Source of the DNA: a virus
Lineage: Duplodnaviria > Caudoviricetes
DNA length: 49,445 nucleotides
Reading direction: 5' to 3' (one strand)
Virus record (IMG/VR): IMGVR_UViG_3300030095_005897
Coordinates: 1-49,445 of that record
Shown: positions 1-8,199 of the stretch, in pieces
How the letters are laid out: every line of letters begins with the position of its first letter
How positions within the stretch are numbered: position 1 is the stretch's first letter
Notes under the pieces: generated by a model
The model's database searches: none
What the model saw: the letters and a program-made list of their open reading frames with translations, nothing else
What the model was told of the DNA's origin: nothing
Position numbers and translations under genes: made by a program

Positions 1-35
1 CAATTAAACGAAATAGTGGAACATTTAATGCAATT

Positions 36-305
36 ATGGGTGCAGATGCAGAAGCAGAAATAGAGAAATTGTACGGAGAAGGAAAACAAGCGATGGATGA
101 TGCTAATACATTTAATTCCTATTTAAATACTGGAGCCAAGTTAGTAGGTGGCGGCATTAGTGCATTCGGAAATGCAGGTGGATTTGGTGGTGGACCAGGA
201 AAAATGGCAACACTAGATAGCACTCCAATGACAGTCGAAAATGCATACGGATCTTCGGTTTCATACTACGATCCAAATATTTATACAGGTGTAGGAGATT
301 ACTAA
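36..305 (+). CDS. hypothetical Gly-rich protein, possibly virion-associated
   Basis: 89-aa ORF ending 2 nt before the next ATG, co-directional with the virion module. Confidence 0.5.
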   Translation: MGADAEAEIEKLYGEGKQAMDDANTFNSYLNTGAKLVGGGISAFGNAGGFGGGPGKMATLDSTPMTVENAYGSSVSYYDPNIYTGVGDY

Positions 306-307
306 AA

Positions 308-1009
308 ATGGCAAGATTCAGAAGTACACCAACTAGAGATTTTGGATTCACGCCAAGTTATGGTCAGAGGCGTGATTTTAGTCCGCCTGGACTAAAGGCT
401 GGATCATATACATTTGGTGGTGAAGCTGCAGGCATGGTCAGTCTGGCTGATACATATAGTGCTGCAAGTGCTGGGACAAGGCCTGATGAATTAATTACAG
501 CAGCACAGGAAATGAGAAGAGCAGAAAGGGACGCAATTGCTGATGCTACTGCAAGTACATTTGCTAATGCGTATGGTGCATTCAAAGGGATTGAATTAGG
601 CAAAGACTATAGAGACATGATGAATAAACAAGCTGGAGCTACTAAACAAGCTGGTATTTTCAGCGCACTTGGAACAGTAGCAGGTGCTGCACTTCCGTTT
701 GTTTTGAGCGATGAAACCACAAAACATACGATCGAGCGTATTGACGATGCACTTGCTTTACTTCGTCAGTTAAAGCCTGTGAGTTTCTATTACAAAGAAG
801 AATATAGTACAAGTCCTGAACGTATGCATTATGGCTTCATTGCTCAAGATTATAAAGACGTGATGCCTGATGCAACATATTACGACGAAAGCATTGGCAA
901 GCTATGCATTGATCCAGGCGAACTGATTGGATTACTTGTTAGAGCTAATCAACAGCTTGAAACTCGTATTGCACGTCTGGAAGCAAAAGAAGCTTTGACA
1001 GCTGTGTAA
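308..1009 (+). CDS. putative virion protein with C-terminal peptidase S74 intramolecular chaperone domain
   Basis: LSDETTKHTI (SD..K) then LRQLKPVSFYYK, HYGFIAQD and a terminal coiled coil; Ala/Gly-rich N-terminus. Confidence 0.75.
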   Translation: MARFRSTPTRDFGFTPSYGQRRDFSPPGLKAGSYTFGGEAAGMVSLADTYSAASAGTRPDELITAAQEMRRAERDAIADATASTFANAYGAFKGIELGKDYRDMMNKQAGATKQAGIFSALGTVAGAALPFVLSDETTKHTIERIDDALALLRQLKPVSFYYKEEYSTSPERMHYGFIAQDYKDVMPDATYYDESIGKLCIDPGELIGLLVRANQQLETRIARLEAKEALTAV

Positions 1010-1038
1010 AATAGAAAAAGAATTAGTCTGTAAAGAAA

Positions 1039-1749
1039 ATGCTTGGTTTCTTACCGGGAATGTCAGCCGAGGATATTGCTCGGAGGGAAGTAGATAATTA
1101 TGACTTAGATCCAACAGGCACTAAGTTTGATTCTACAAAACAAGGAGCATTTAACTGGCAGGATCAACTTGGTGCAATTTTAGCAGGCTCTAGTAAAGAA
1201 GAAATCTTAAATCGAGCAAGTAGAATTAGAGATCAACGACTGAAAGATCAACTTGATAAGCAAGGCAACGAGGGTAGAGCGATATTGACAGCTGCAGGTC
1301 TGACGCCCACATACAGCAGTGTCGCAGGAAAAACAAAAGAAGAATTACGTTCACAGCAAGGAATAGACACTGCAAGAGCAGCGCGATTACAAGAACTATC
1401 ACTAATGCCTGGCTATTATTCAGGATTAGTGCCAGAAAACGCCAGCCTTACTCAGTTAAATCAGATTACAAGGCAACTGAAAGAAGCAGAAACTAAAAAG
1501 GCAGAAGATAAAGTAACGGCAGAAAGACGACGGATAGAAAACAGAGGTGATTTACAGTTAGCTCAACAACGACTAGAAGCAAGAGAAGCCAGGCTCGATG
1601 GATTGAATTTTGAGCGAATGAAATTTCAAACTGAGAATAATCGCTTAGCTAGGGCTGAGCGGCGTGAAGAAGAACGTCTTCGTCGTGAAGGATATCAATC
1701 TCTTGGGACAGGACTTGCAGCTCTTGCCGCCGCATTTACTATTGTATAA
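1039..1749 (+). CDS. helical coiled-coil protein, putative internal virion/ejection protein
   Basis: 236 aa, charged helical body, hydrophobic C-terminus; TAAAAT at 1007-1012. Confidence 0.5.
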   Translation: MLGFLPGMSAEDIARREVDNYDLDPTGTKFDSTKQGAFNWQDQLGAILAGSSKEEILNRASRIRDQRLKDQLDKQGNEGRAILTAAGLTPTYSSVAGKTKEELRSQQGIDTARAARLQELSLMPGYYSGLVPENASLTQLNQITRQLKEAETKKAEDKVTAERRRIENRGDLQLAQQRLEAREARLDGLNFERMKFQTENNRLARAERREEERLRREGYQSLGTGLAALAAAFTIV

Positions 1750-2725
1750 ATCCTGCAATAGCAGATTCACGTGCTTCTGGATCACGCTTTAACCCTGACC
1801 AGCGCTGCCAACCATATTTTTGACCAAACTTCAAAGCCATAAGATCTTGATTCTCGGGTGTGAATAAATCATCACCAGATAAACCCGCAAACTCAGCTGC
1901 TTCTCTAAAGCTACCAGTATTGTGTGTAAACTGATAAGCACCTGTTGCATGAATTCTACCGGATTGACCTAATGCATCAATTTCACTAATTGTCAGTGCT
2001 GTTAGAGGTTTGCCAAATTGTTTACCATCAGCGGCTGAACCAGAACCGATTGGTTCAAATTCAGTTTTACCACCTAAGTTGTAAGCATCATATCCATACG
2101 GTCCAGATTCAACGCGACGAATAGATGCAAGACCTTTAGTTTGTTCAGGAGTAAATTTAAAACTTTGGATAGTTGATGAATTAGTAGATGAAGGAGTCGT
2201 TTTATTGAAGGATACTGGTTTAGGTTTTTCTGAAGAAGTTTCAGCTGGTTTAGGAAAAGAGTCAATAGTGTCTTGTAAATTATCACGAAGGGTTCGATCA
2301 GCTTGAATTTCACCACTAACTTTATCAATTTGGTTGTCGTAGTAAGTAAGAGATGTATTATCAACATCTGTATCTCGATTCTTAGCATCATAGAGATTGT
2401 TGATGCCACCGCCTACTAATTGACCAGCAGCTCCAAGTACACCAGCAAAACGTTTTGATTTAGTGAGATTAAGATCTGCTTCAGTTTTAATCTTGTTAAT
2501 CTCAGAATCAGCCTCAATATTTGCAATCGTATTGAATGTTTCTTTAGTACGTTTAATAGCATTAAGACGCTCTTTCGCTTTAATCTTTTCAGCATCTAAC
2601 ACTAATTGACCCATATCAGGGGAATTACGTTTCTGCTGAATAAAAGCCTTTAATGCGTCATTAGCGGCTACCTTACCTGCATATGCATAATTCCCGCGTC
2701 TACTCAATGAGCTAAATTGAGACAT
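1739..2725 (-). CDS. putative virion protein with C-terminal lysozyme/lytic transglycosylase-like domain
   Basis: IRRVESG..YDAYN, ATGAYQF and FTPENQD motifs typical of lambda-lysozyme-like muramidases. Confidence 0.7.
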   Translation of the reverse strand: MSQFSSLSRRGNYAYAGKVAANDALKAFIQQKRNSPDMGQLVLDAEKIKAKERLNAIKRTKETFNTIANIEADSEINKIKTEADLNLTKSKRFAGVLGAAGQLVGGGINNLYDAKNRDTDVDNTSLTYYDNQIDKVSGEIQADRTLRDNLQDTIDSFPKPAETSSEKPKPVSFNKTTPSSTNSSTIQSFKFTPEQTKGLASIRRVESGPYGYDAYNLGGKTEFEPIGSGSAADGKQFGKPLTALTISEIDALGQSGRIHATGAYQFTHNTGSFREAAEFAGLSGDDLFTPENQDLMALKFGQKYGWQRWSGLKRDPEARESAIAGFIQ

Positions 2726-2801
2726 ATGATTCGCTCAAATACTACATCTATTGTATAAATAATAAAAAGATAGAATAGATTTATGCAAAGCTGATGTAGG
2801 C

Positions 2802-3782
2802 ATGACTTCTTCGACACCTGGACAAGAGCAAGGATACAACCCGGGCATGTTTGATTTCAATCGAATAATGCAGGATTTTTACGACTATCAACCTGCTGAG
2901 GATGATACAGAAGGGCAGATGCTGAAAAATGCGTACCAAGCTAACTTTGTTCAAAGTGCTTTAGACGGAAGTATCGCAAGTGGATTAGCGCAGCAAAATG
3001 CAGCGATTGCTCAAGAGAATATGGCGCAACAGGCTGGCCTTGAGCTGGCTAACACAAGCGAGTTAATGGACCGTGAGTTCGGCTATAACCAACTTGCGGC
3101 AGAATCCGCATTTGGCTATGAAAACCAATTTGCTAATGCGCAGTATGACAGAGATATTGGAATGCTATCTGCAACAGGTGAACAAAATCGATTGAATATG
3201 CAAGAGCAAGGACAACAAGATCGATTAGGTGAGATTACTGCTGGTGAGCAGGAAAGAATGACATCAGCTTTAAATAATGCTTCGCAAGAGTCTATTGCAG
3301 CAGGTAGATATGCTGCAGATACATATGAAGCAGACGCTAATAAAGAAGCAACAACGTTTACGGCAGCTTCACAAAAAGAAGCTGATATATATCAAGCAGA
3401 TAAATCATTAGATGCAGCTACTCGTCAGTCTGAAGCTAGTGAGCAAGTAGCTCAAACACAAAAGGAATCAGCATTTGAAACAACAGGATTAAGAGCTCAA
3501 GCTGATCTAGGTATTGCTGAAACACAAAAAGAATCAGCATTAGAAACAACAGAATTAGAAACAGAGGCTGAGAAAGACGTTGCTACCACGGCAGCTGGTG
3601 CAAGTATGTACGGTGCCGATAGATCACTGGATGCAACTAAAGATACAAATATCACCAGTACACGAAACATTGGTGAAACAGGCGCACAAACAAGAGAAAC
3701 GATGGGTCTCGAAAATCGCCTAAAAGCCAAAGATCGCGCAGATATGCATCGTTATGCACGTAGTACAGCGAGGGCTATGTAA
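2802..3782 (+). CDS. Ala/Gln-rich putative internal virion (DNA ejection) protein
   Basis: 326-aa helical low-complexity ORF with repeated TQKESA(F/L)ETT. Confidence 0.55.
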   Translation: MTSSTPGQEQGYNPGMFDFNRIMQDFYDYQPAEDDTEGQMLKNAYQANFVQSALDGSIASGLAQQNAAIAQENMAQQAGLELANTSELMDREFGYNQLAAESAFGYENQFANAQYDRDIGMLSATGEQNRLNMQEQGQQDRLGEITAGEQERMTSALNNASQESIAAGRYAADTYEADANKEATTFTAASQKEADIYQADKSLDAATRQSEASEQVAQTQKESAFETTGLRAQADLGIAETQKESALETTELETEAEKDVATTAAGASMYGADRSLDATKDTNITSTRNIGETGAQTRETMGLENRLKAKDRADMHRYARSTARAM

Positions 3783-4318
3783 TGACTACAGCAACAAAAA
3801 CAGGTAAGGTCTATCTCAACTATGTAGATCAATGGCTTGATACATTGTCTGCTGCTGAAAGTGAAGACTTCCGTGAATTTGCCGAAGCAACACCATCTGC
3901 AATTGAGATCTGGGTTTATGCAGGGATCTGTGGTTACACGGGTTCATTTGTTGATCTTTCTCGTTGGATCAAAATGAAATTCCGTAAGTTAAATCGGCGT
4001 GAAATATTAAATAGTGAGATTGCGGCATTACATTCGGATATTCAAGATTTACGAATGGCAATCACATCTGGTGAAATTAAAGGGGACAACGGATGCGCAA
4101 GATTAGCAGCACTCGAAAAAGAACTAAGGTCACATATAGAAACAAGTGACCGAATGAATAAAACAACAGATAAACGAGGTTTAATCCTTGCAGGTGCTGA
4201 TCGAGTAATGCGTGAAATTACAGCAATCTTCAAAGATGATCCACAGTTTGCTGAGCCCATTGAAAATGCTATAAATGCTGTGTGGGCAAAAATCTACAGT
4301 GAGATTAGCAATGCTTGA
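3782..4318 (+). CDS. hypothetical protein, candidate terminase small subunit
   Basis: 178-aa helical ORF two genes upstream of TerL, TAATG coupling with previous gene; function from position only. Confidence 0.4.
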   Translation: MTTATKTGKVYLNYVDQWLDTLSAAESEDFREFAEATPSAIEIWVYAGICGYTGSFVDLSRWIKMKFRKLNRREILNSEIAALHSDIQDLRMAITSGEIKGDNGCARLAALEKELRSHIETSDRMNKTTDKRGLILAGADRVMREITAIFKDDPQFAEPIENAINAVWAKIYSEISNA

Positions 4319-4592
4319 TGACATTGAAGCACTATTAGAACTGCCTCGAATTCGGGAAGTATCTACACAGTCACTCCGTGCAGAAGGACGAGTACCTAGG
4401 CTTCCACAAATGCCAGGTGTGAGCGTTGATAAATTTTTCATGTCAAATGCACGTGCGATTGAAGCAGCAGAGTATGCATATGCAGTAGGCATAGCTTATG
4501 AAGAGAAACGTCGGCGCGATTTAATTATGCGTGCTAAAGCAAGAGCTGCAGCACGTTTAGCTCAAGCCATCGCAGAATATCGCATTCGCTAG
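4311..4592 (+). CDS. hypothetical protein
   Basis: ATG at 4311 (MLDDIEAL) overlapping the previous stop region is preferred over the track start at 4275. Confidence 0.55.
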   Translation: MLDDIEALLELPRIREVSTQSLRAEGRVPRLPQMPGVSVDKFFMSNARAIEAAEYAYAVGIAYEEKRRRDLIMRAKARAAARLAQAIAEYRIR

Positions 4593-4618
4593 TTAGACTG
4601 ATAATAAAATCAGTTAAT

Positions 4619-6157
4619 ATGGCTATTGCAAGTGCATCATTAGCATACAGAAGATCTGCTTTAATGACAGCGACGAAGGTGACGAGTAAACCACCATCGC
4701 CGGAAGTACTTGCAGCAAGAGATAATTTTATAGCGTTCTGTAGTGCTATGGGTAAGCCTCCAGCAAAGCATATGCTGGAGTGGCACAATGAATTGTGTAC
4801 AGGAGAAGATAGTGAATGTCTACTAGGGATTGCAGGTCAAAATACATCGATCCTCGCACCACGAGGCTCTGCGAAAAGTACTGTCCTTGGTTTGTTTGCT
4901 GCTTGGATGATTGGACGACATGCAGCTGCCAAGAAAATGCTAAGGATACTTTATATCGCATATATGGTAGACATTAGTCGAGCAAAGTCGGCCACAATCA
5001 AAGGAATACTTACAAGTCCTAAATATCGTGAAATCTTTCCTATGGTGAGATTATCAAAGATAAAACGATCAGATGAATACTGGAGTATCGACTATGAATT
5101 TGCAGGAATTGATACGGCAGGTGAAGAAGCTTTCACCATTGCATGTGGAGGTCTCAAGGGAGCAATTACATCCAAGCGGTCCCAATTGGTGCTTATCGAT
5201 GACCCTATTAAATCCGCTGCATCCATCAATAATCCGGATATACGACGTGAGATGGAACAAACGTGGTCTAATGTCATTGCACCTACTATGTTCCAAGGCG
5301 CACGGGCAATCTGTTTGGGAACCCGATTTCACTTTGACGACGTACACGCCACTCTTTTTGTTCCAAAAAATAATTGGAAACAAATCATTCAAAAGGCAGT
5401 CATAACTGACGCAGACGGGAGACAAAGATCATATTGGCCAGAATTTTGGTCAATGAAATATTTAAACGAACGTAAGCTAGAAGACCGAGTTGCATTTGCA
5501 TATCAGTATTTAAATACAGCAGTACAAAGTAGAGAAGTAGGAATATCTCCAGAGCTAATCATAAAAGCTGAAGTACCTGAAGAATACGATTGTTTAGGAG
5601 TGGGAATTGACCTAAGCGCCGGTCTATCAGAAAAAAATGACTGGACAGTCTTTACTTTAGGTGGCATCAAAGATGGAAAGATTTATCTGATTGATCAACG
5701 TCGAGAAAGAACGATGGGCAATATTAAAAAGATGGATACCCTTTGTGAAATGTTATGTGACTGGAATATTCTGCTTGAAAATGACGAAGGTCAGTTCTTC
5801 CCAACCATGTCACCGTGTGTAATCTGGCCTGAAGCCGTTGCTTATCAAACATCCTTTGAAGGTGACTTCAAAAGGATTATGCACGAAGAACGTGCTTTGT
5901 ATAATTTAAGCGTTAGTCCAGTCAAAGGATTTAAGGGAGATAAACTAGCAAGACTCAGAGGCGTACTTGGTCTATATGAGCATAAACGAGTTATATGGAA
6001 TAAGTGGAGAAAATGGAATGTGCTTGAAGATGAACTATTGAATTTTGGACATTCATCACATGATGATGCTGTGGATTCAATGGTATTAACTATGGGAGGA
6101 CTATTAAGGCGAGGTAATTTGCAATTGGATTACAATAAAGATAGTTTTGATTTATAA
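4619..6157 (+). CDS. terL: terminase large subunit
   Basis: Walker A APRGSAKST, Walker B LVLIDD, coupling motif GTR, RNase H-like GVGIDLS and HDDAVDS. Confidence 0.92.
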   Translation: MAIASASLAYRRSALMTATKVTSKPPSPEVLAARDNFIAFCSAMGKPPAKHMLEWHNELCTGEDSECLLGIAGQNTSILAPRGSAKSTVLGLFAAWMIGRHAAAKKMLRILYIAYMVDISRAKSATIKGILTSPKYREIFPMVRLSKIKRSDEYWSIDYEFAGIDTAGEEAFTIACGGLKGAITSKRSQLVLIDDPIKSAASINNPDIRREMEQTWSNVIAPTMFQGARAICLGTRFHFDDVHATLFVPKNNWKQIIQKAVITDADGRQRSYWPEFWSMKYLNERKLEDRVAFAYQYLNTAVQSREVGISPELIIKAEVPEEYDCLGVGIDLSAGLSEKNDWTVFTLGGIKDGKIYLIDQRRERTMGNIKKMDTLCEMLCDWNILLENDEGQFFPTMSPCVIWPEAVAYQTSFEGDFKRIMHEERALYNLSVSPVKGFKGDKLARLRGVLGLYEHKRVIWNKWRKWNVLEDELLNFGHSSHDDAVDSMVLTMGGLLRRGNLQLDYNKDSFDL

Positions 6158-6162
6158 AAGTA

Positions 6163-8169
6163 ATGGCTAGCGCGTGGGCACAATTATCAAAAGATGATCA
6201 AGCTGCTTGGTCGGCTACGGGAATGACAAAGTCTGAATATAACCAAAAGTATGGGAAGGGGGGAGCAACAGCTCCACCACCACCAAAAGCACCTACGCCT
6301 TCTCCTACCCCAGCTCCTTCATCAGCACAGGATTTAATCAATAAGTACACACCAAATACATCTTCAGCAACAGTACCGGCGCCAACACCTACTGCATCTC
6401 CTGAGCCTTCCTATAGCTCTTCAATGATGGCATCCTCACGGGATGAACCCGTAACAGGACCGACGTTTGAGCCAGCATCTTCTAATGAAGAACCTAGTCG
6501 ATCGGCTGCTGTAGATAAATCAAAAACATGGGCAGATCTTTCTAAAGACGAACGTGCCGCTACAGGCATGACAAAGAAAGAATATAATCGTTCAAATAGT
6601 CAAAGTGAGGCTAATCAATCAAGTGGTAGTACTCAGCTCCTAGCAGAAACAGTCGATAAAGGAACACAAGGAGTGTCTGACTTTTCTGAGCTATCAAAAG
6701 ATAGCAGGGAAGCATTAAGATCTACAGGTGTTACTAAGAAAGAATATAACCGTAGGGTAGGTGATGGTTCTGTAAGTAAGTTTGACATTAAATCATCTGT
6801 AAAAGCCGGAGCTGATCTTGCTGAGCTAACTCGTCTACAAGAATCTGGAGATGTGACTGATGCAGATGCTCAAAAGTATTTAAGTAAAAAAATTAAGCAA
6901 TTAACGCCTAATTCAGAAGTACTGCCTGTGATAGAGGACACAATAATCGAAGCACCAGACGTCATTAGACAACCTGTAGAGAGTATAGATATTGGAGATA
7001 CTGGAGGGAGTGTAAATACCGGAAACAGTGGATCTAATAACGACAGCACAAACACTATTAATATTGGTGGTAATAATCCAGGAGTAGGTGGAGGTGTTCA
7101 AAATCCAGGAGGAAGTAACAACGGCGGTGTAGATAATAGTTTTAATGAAACTATTAATCAAATCCAAGACGTTGATATTACACAAGGGAATAATCAAACC
7201 TTTAATGTCGAACAAAATAATGATTTAAACTCTGTAATCACAGGAGATGACAATATCTCTAACATTGAGCAAAATAACAGTGTAAGTAATATCGGTGGCG
7301 AACAATCAAATACGGCTAACGTAACAGGATCGTCTGCAAATACAAGTGCCTCAGAGTTCTTAAATAACTACTTAAGCCAGTTACCTGTATTACAAAACTT
7401 CTACGCTGCAGGTGGATCATTCTCAGGAAGTTCTGGTTCAAGTGGAGGTTCAAGTTCGGGGTCTGAATTACCTGAAATGAGAACAATGGATTTCCAAGAT
7501 GGTAATAGGGATGGAATCGATGACAGAGATCAAAATCTAAATAATAATAATGTGGGAATTGGAAATAGCTATAACGATCTAATTAATCAAACACAAGACG
7601 TTGACGTAACCGAAAGTAATGATCAAAACTTTAACGTAACTCAAGATAATGATTTGAATTCACAAATCACCGGAAATAATAACGTCTCGAACATTACTCA
7701 AGATAACTCAGTCAGAAATTATGGCGGAGATCAGCGGAACTTTACGTATGTTTCTGGTTCAAGTGCAAATGGAGTACCTAACTATTTAACTGATAATCCA
7801 GTTAGTGCCGCTACAATGGCGGGTTACTATGCTCCTAATGATAGCCCTGCATCGAATGCAGCTTTTGTAGACCAATATCAAACAATGAATGCTGATGCCC
7901 AGAAAAAGTATAATCCATTCGGAACAGCAGAAGGATTCATGGCTCGTGGCAAAGATGTCGGCAACATGGATATGAGCATAGTCAATCAGATGAATTTATT
8001 ACGTCCAGAAATTGCTTACGCTCGTTCTGATATGGCTAACCTTAATACATATGGAGATCGATATAGTGCGCCAGGATTAAAGTGGAATAGTGCATTAGGT
8101 ATCTACGAACCAATTGATGCTTATGATCCAGAAGCGATTGCTGAACAAGCTCAAAATATGTTTAAGTAA
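6163..8169 (+). CDS. low-complexity repeat protein with Asn/Gln beta-solenoid-like repeats
   Basis: 3x (W/F)xxLSKD..TG(M/V)TK.EYN, 2x ~50-aa N/Q-rich block, DGNRDGIDDRD motif. Confidence 0.7.
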   Translation: MASAWAQLSKDDQAAWSATGMTKSEYNQKYGKGGATAPPPPKAPTPSPTPAPSSAQDLINKYTPNTSSATVPAPTPTASPEPSYSSSMMASSRDEPVTGPTFEPASSNEEPSRSAAVDKSKTWADLSKDERAATGMTKKEYNRSNSQSEANQSSGSTQLLAETVDKGTQGVSDFSELSKDSREALRSTGVTKKEYNRRVGDGSVSKFDIKSSVKAGADLAELTRLQESGDVTDADAQKYLSKKIKQLTPNSEVLPVIEDTIIEAPDVIRQPVESIDIGDTGGSVNTGNSGSNNDSTNTINIGGNNPGVGGGVQNPGGSNNGGVDNSFNETINQIQDVDITQGNNQTFNVEQNNDLNSVITGDDNISNIEQNNSVSNIGGEQSNTANVTGSSANTSASEFLNNYLSQLPVLQNFYAAGGSFSGSSGSSGGSSSGSELPEMRTMDFQDGNRDGIDDRDQNLNNNNVGIGNSYNDLINQTQDVDVTESNDQNFNVTQDNDLNSQITGNNNVSNITQDNSVRNYGGDQRNFTYVSGSSANGVPNYLTDNPVSAATMAGYYAPNDSPASNAAFVDQYQTMNADAQKKYNPFGTAEGFMARGKDVGNMDMSIVNQMNLLRPEIAYARSDMANLNTYGDRYSAPGLKWNSALGIYEPIDAYDPEAIAEQAQNMFK

Positions 8170-8199
8170 TCGATAGACTATTAATAAAGTAAAAGAAGC

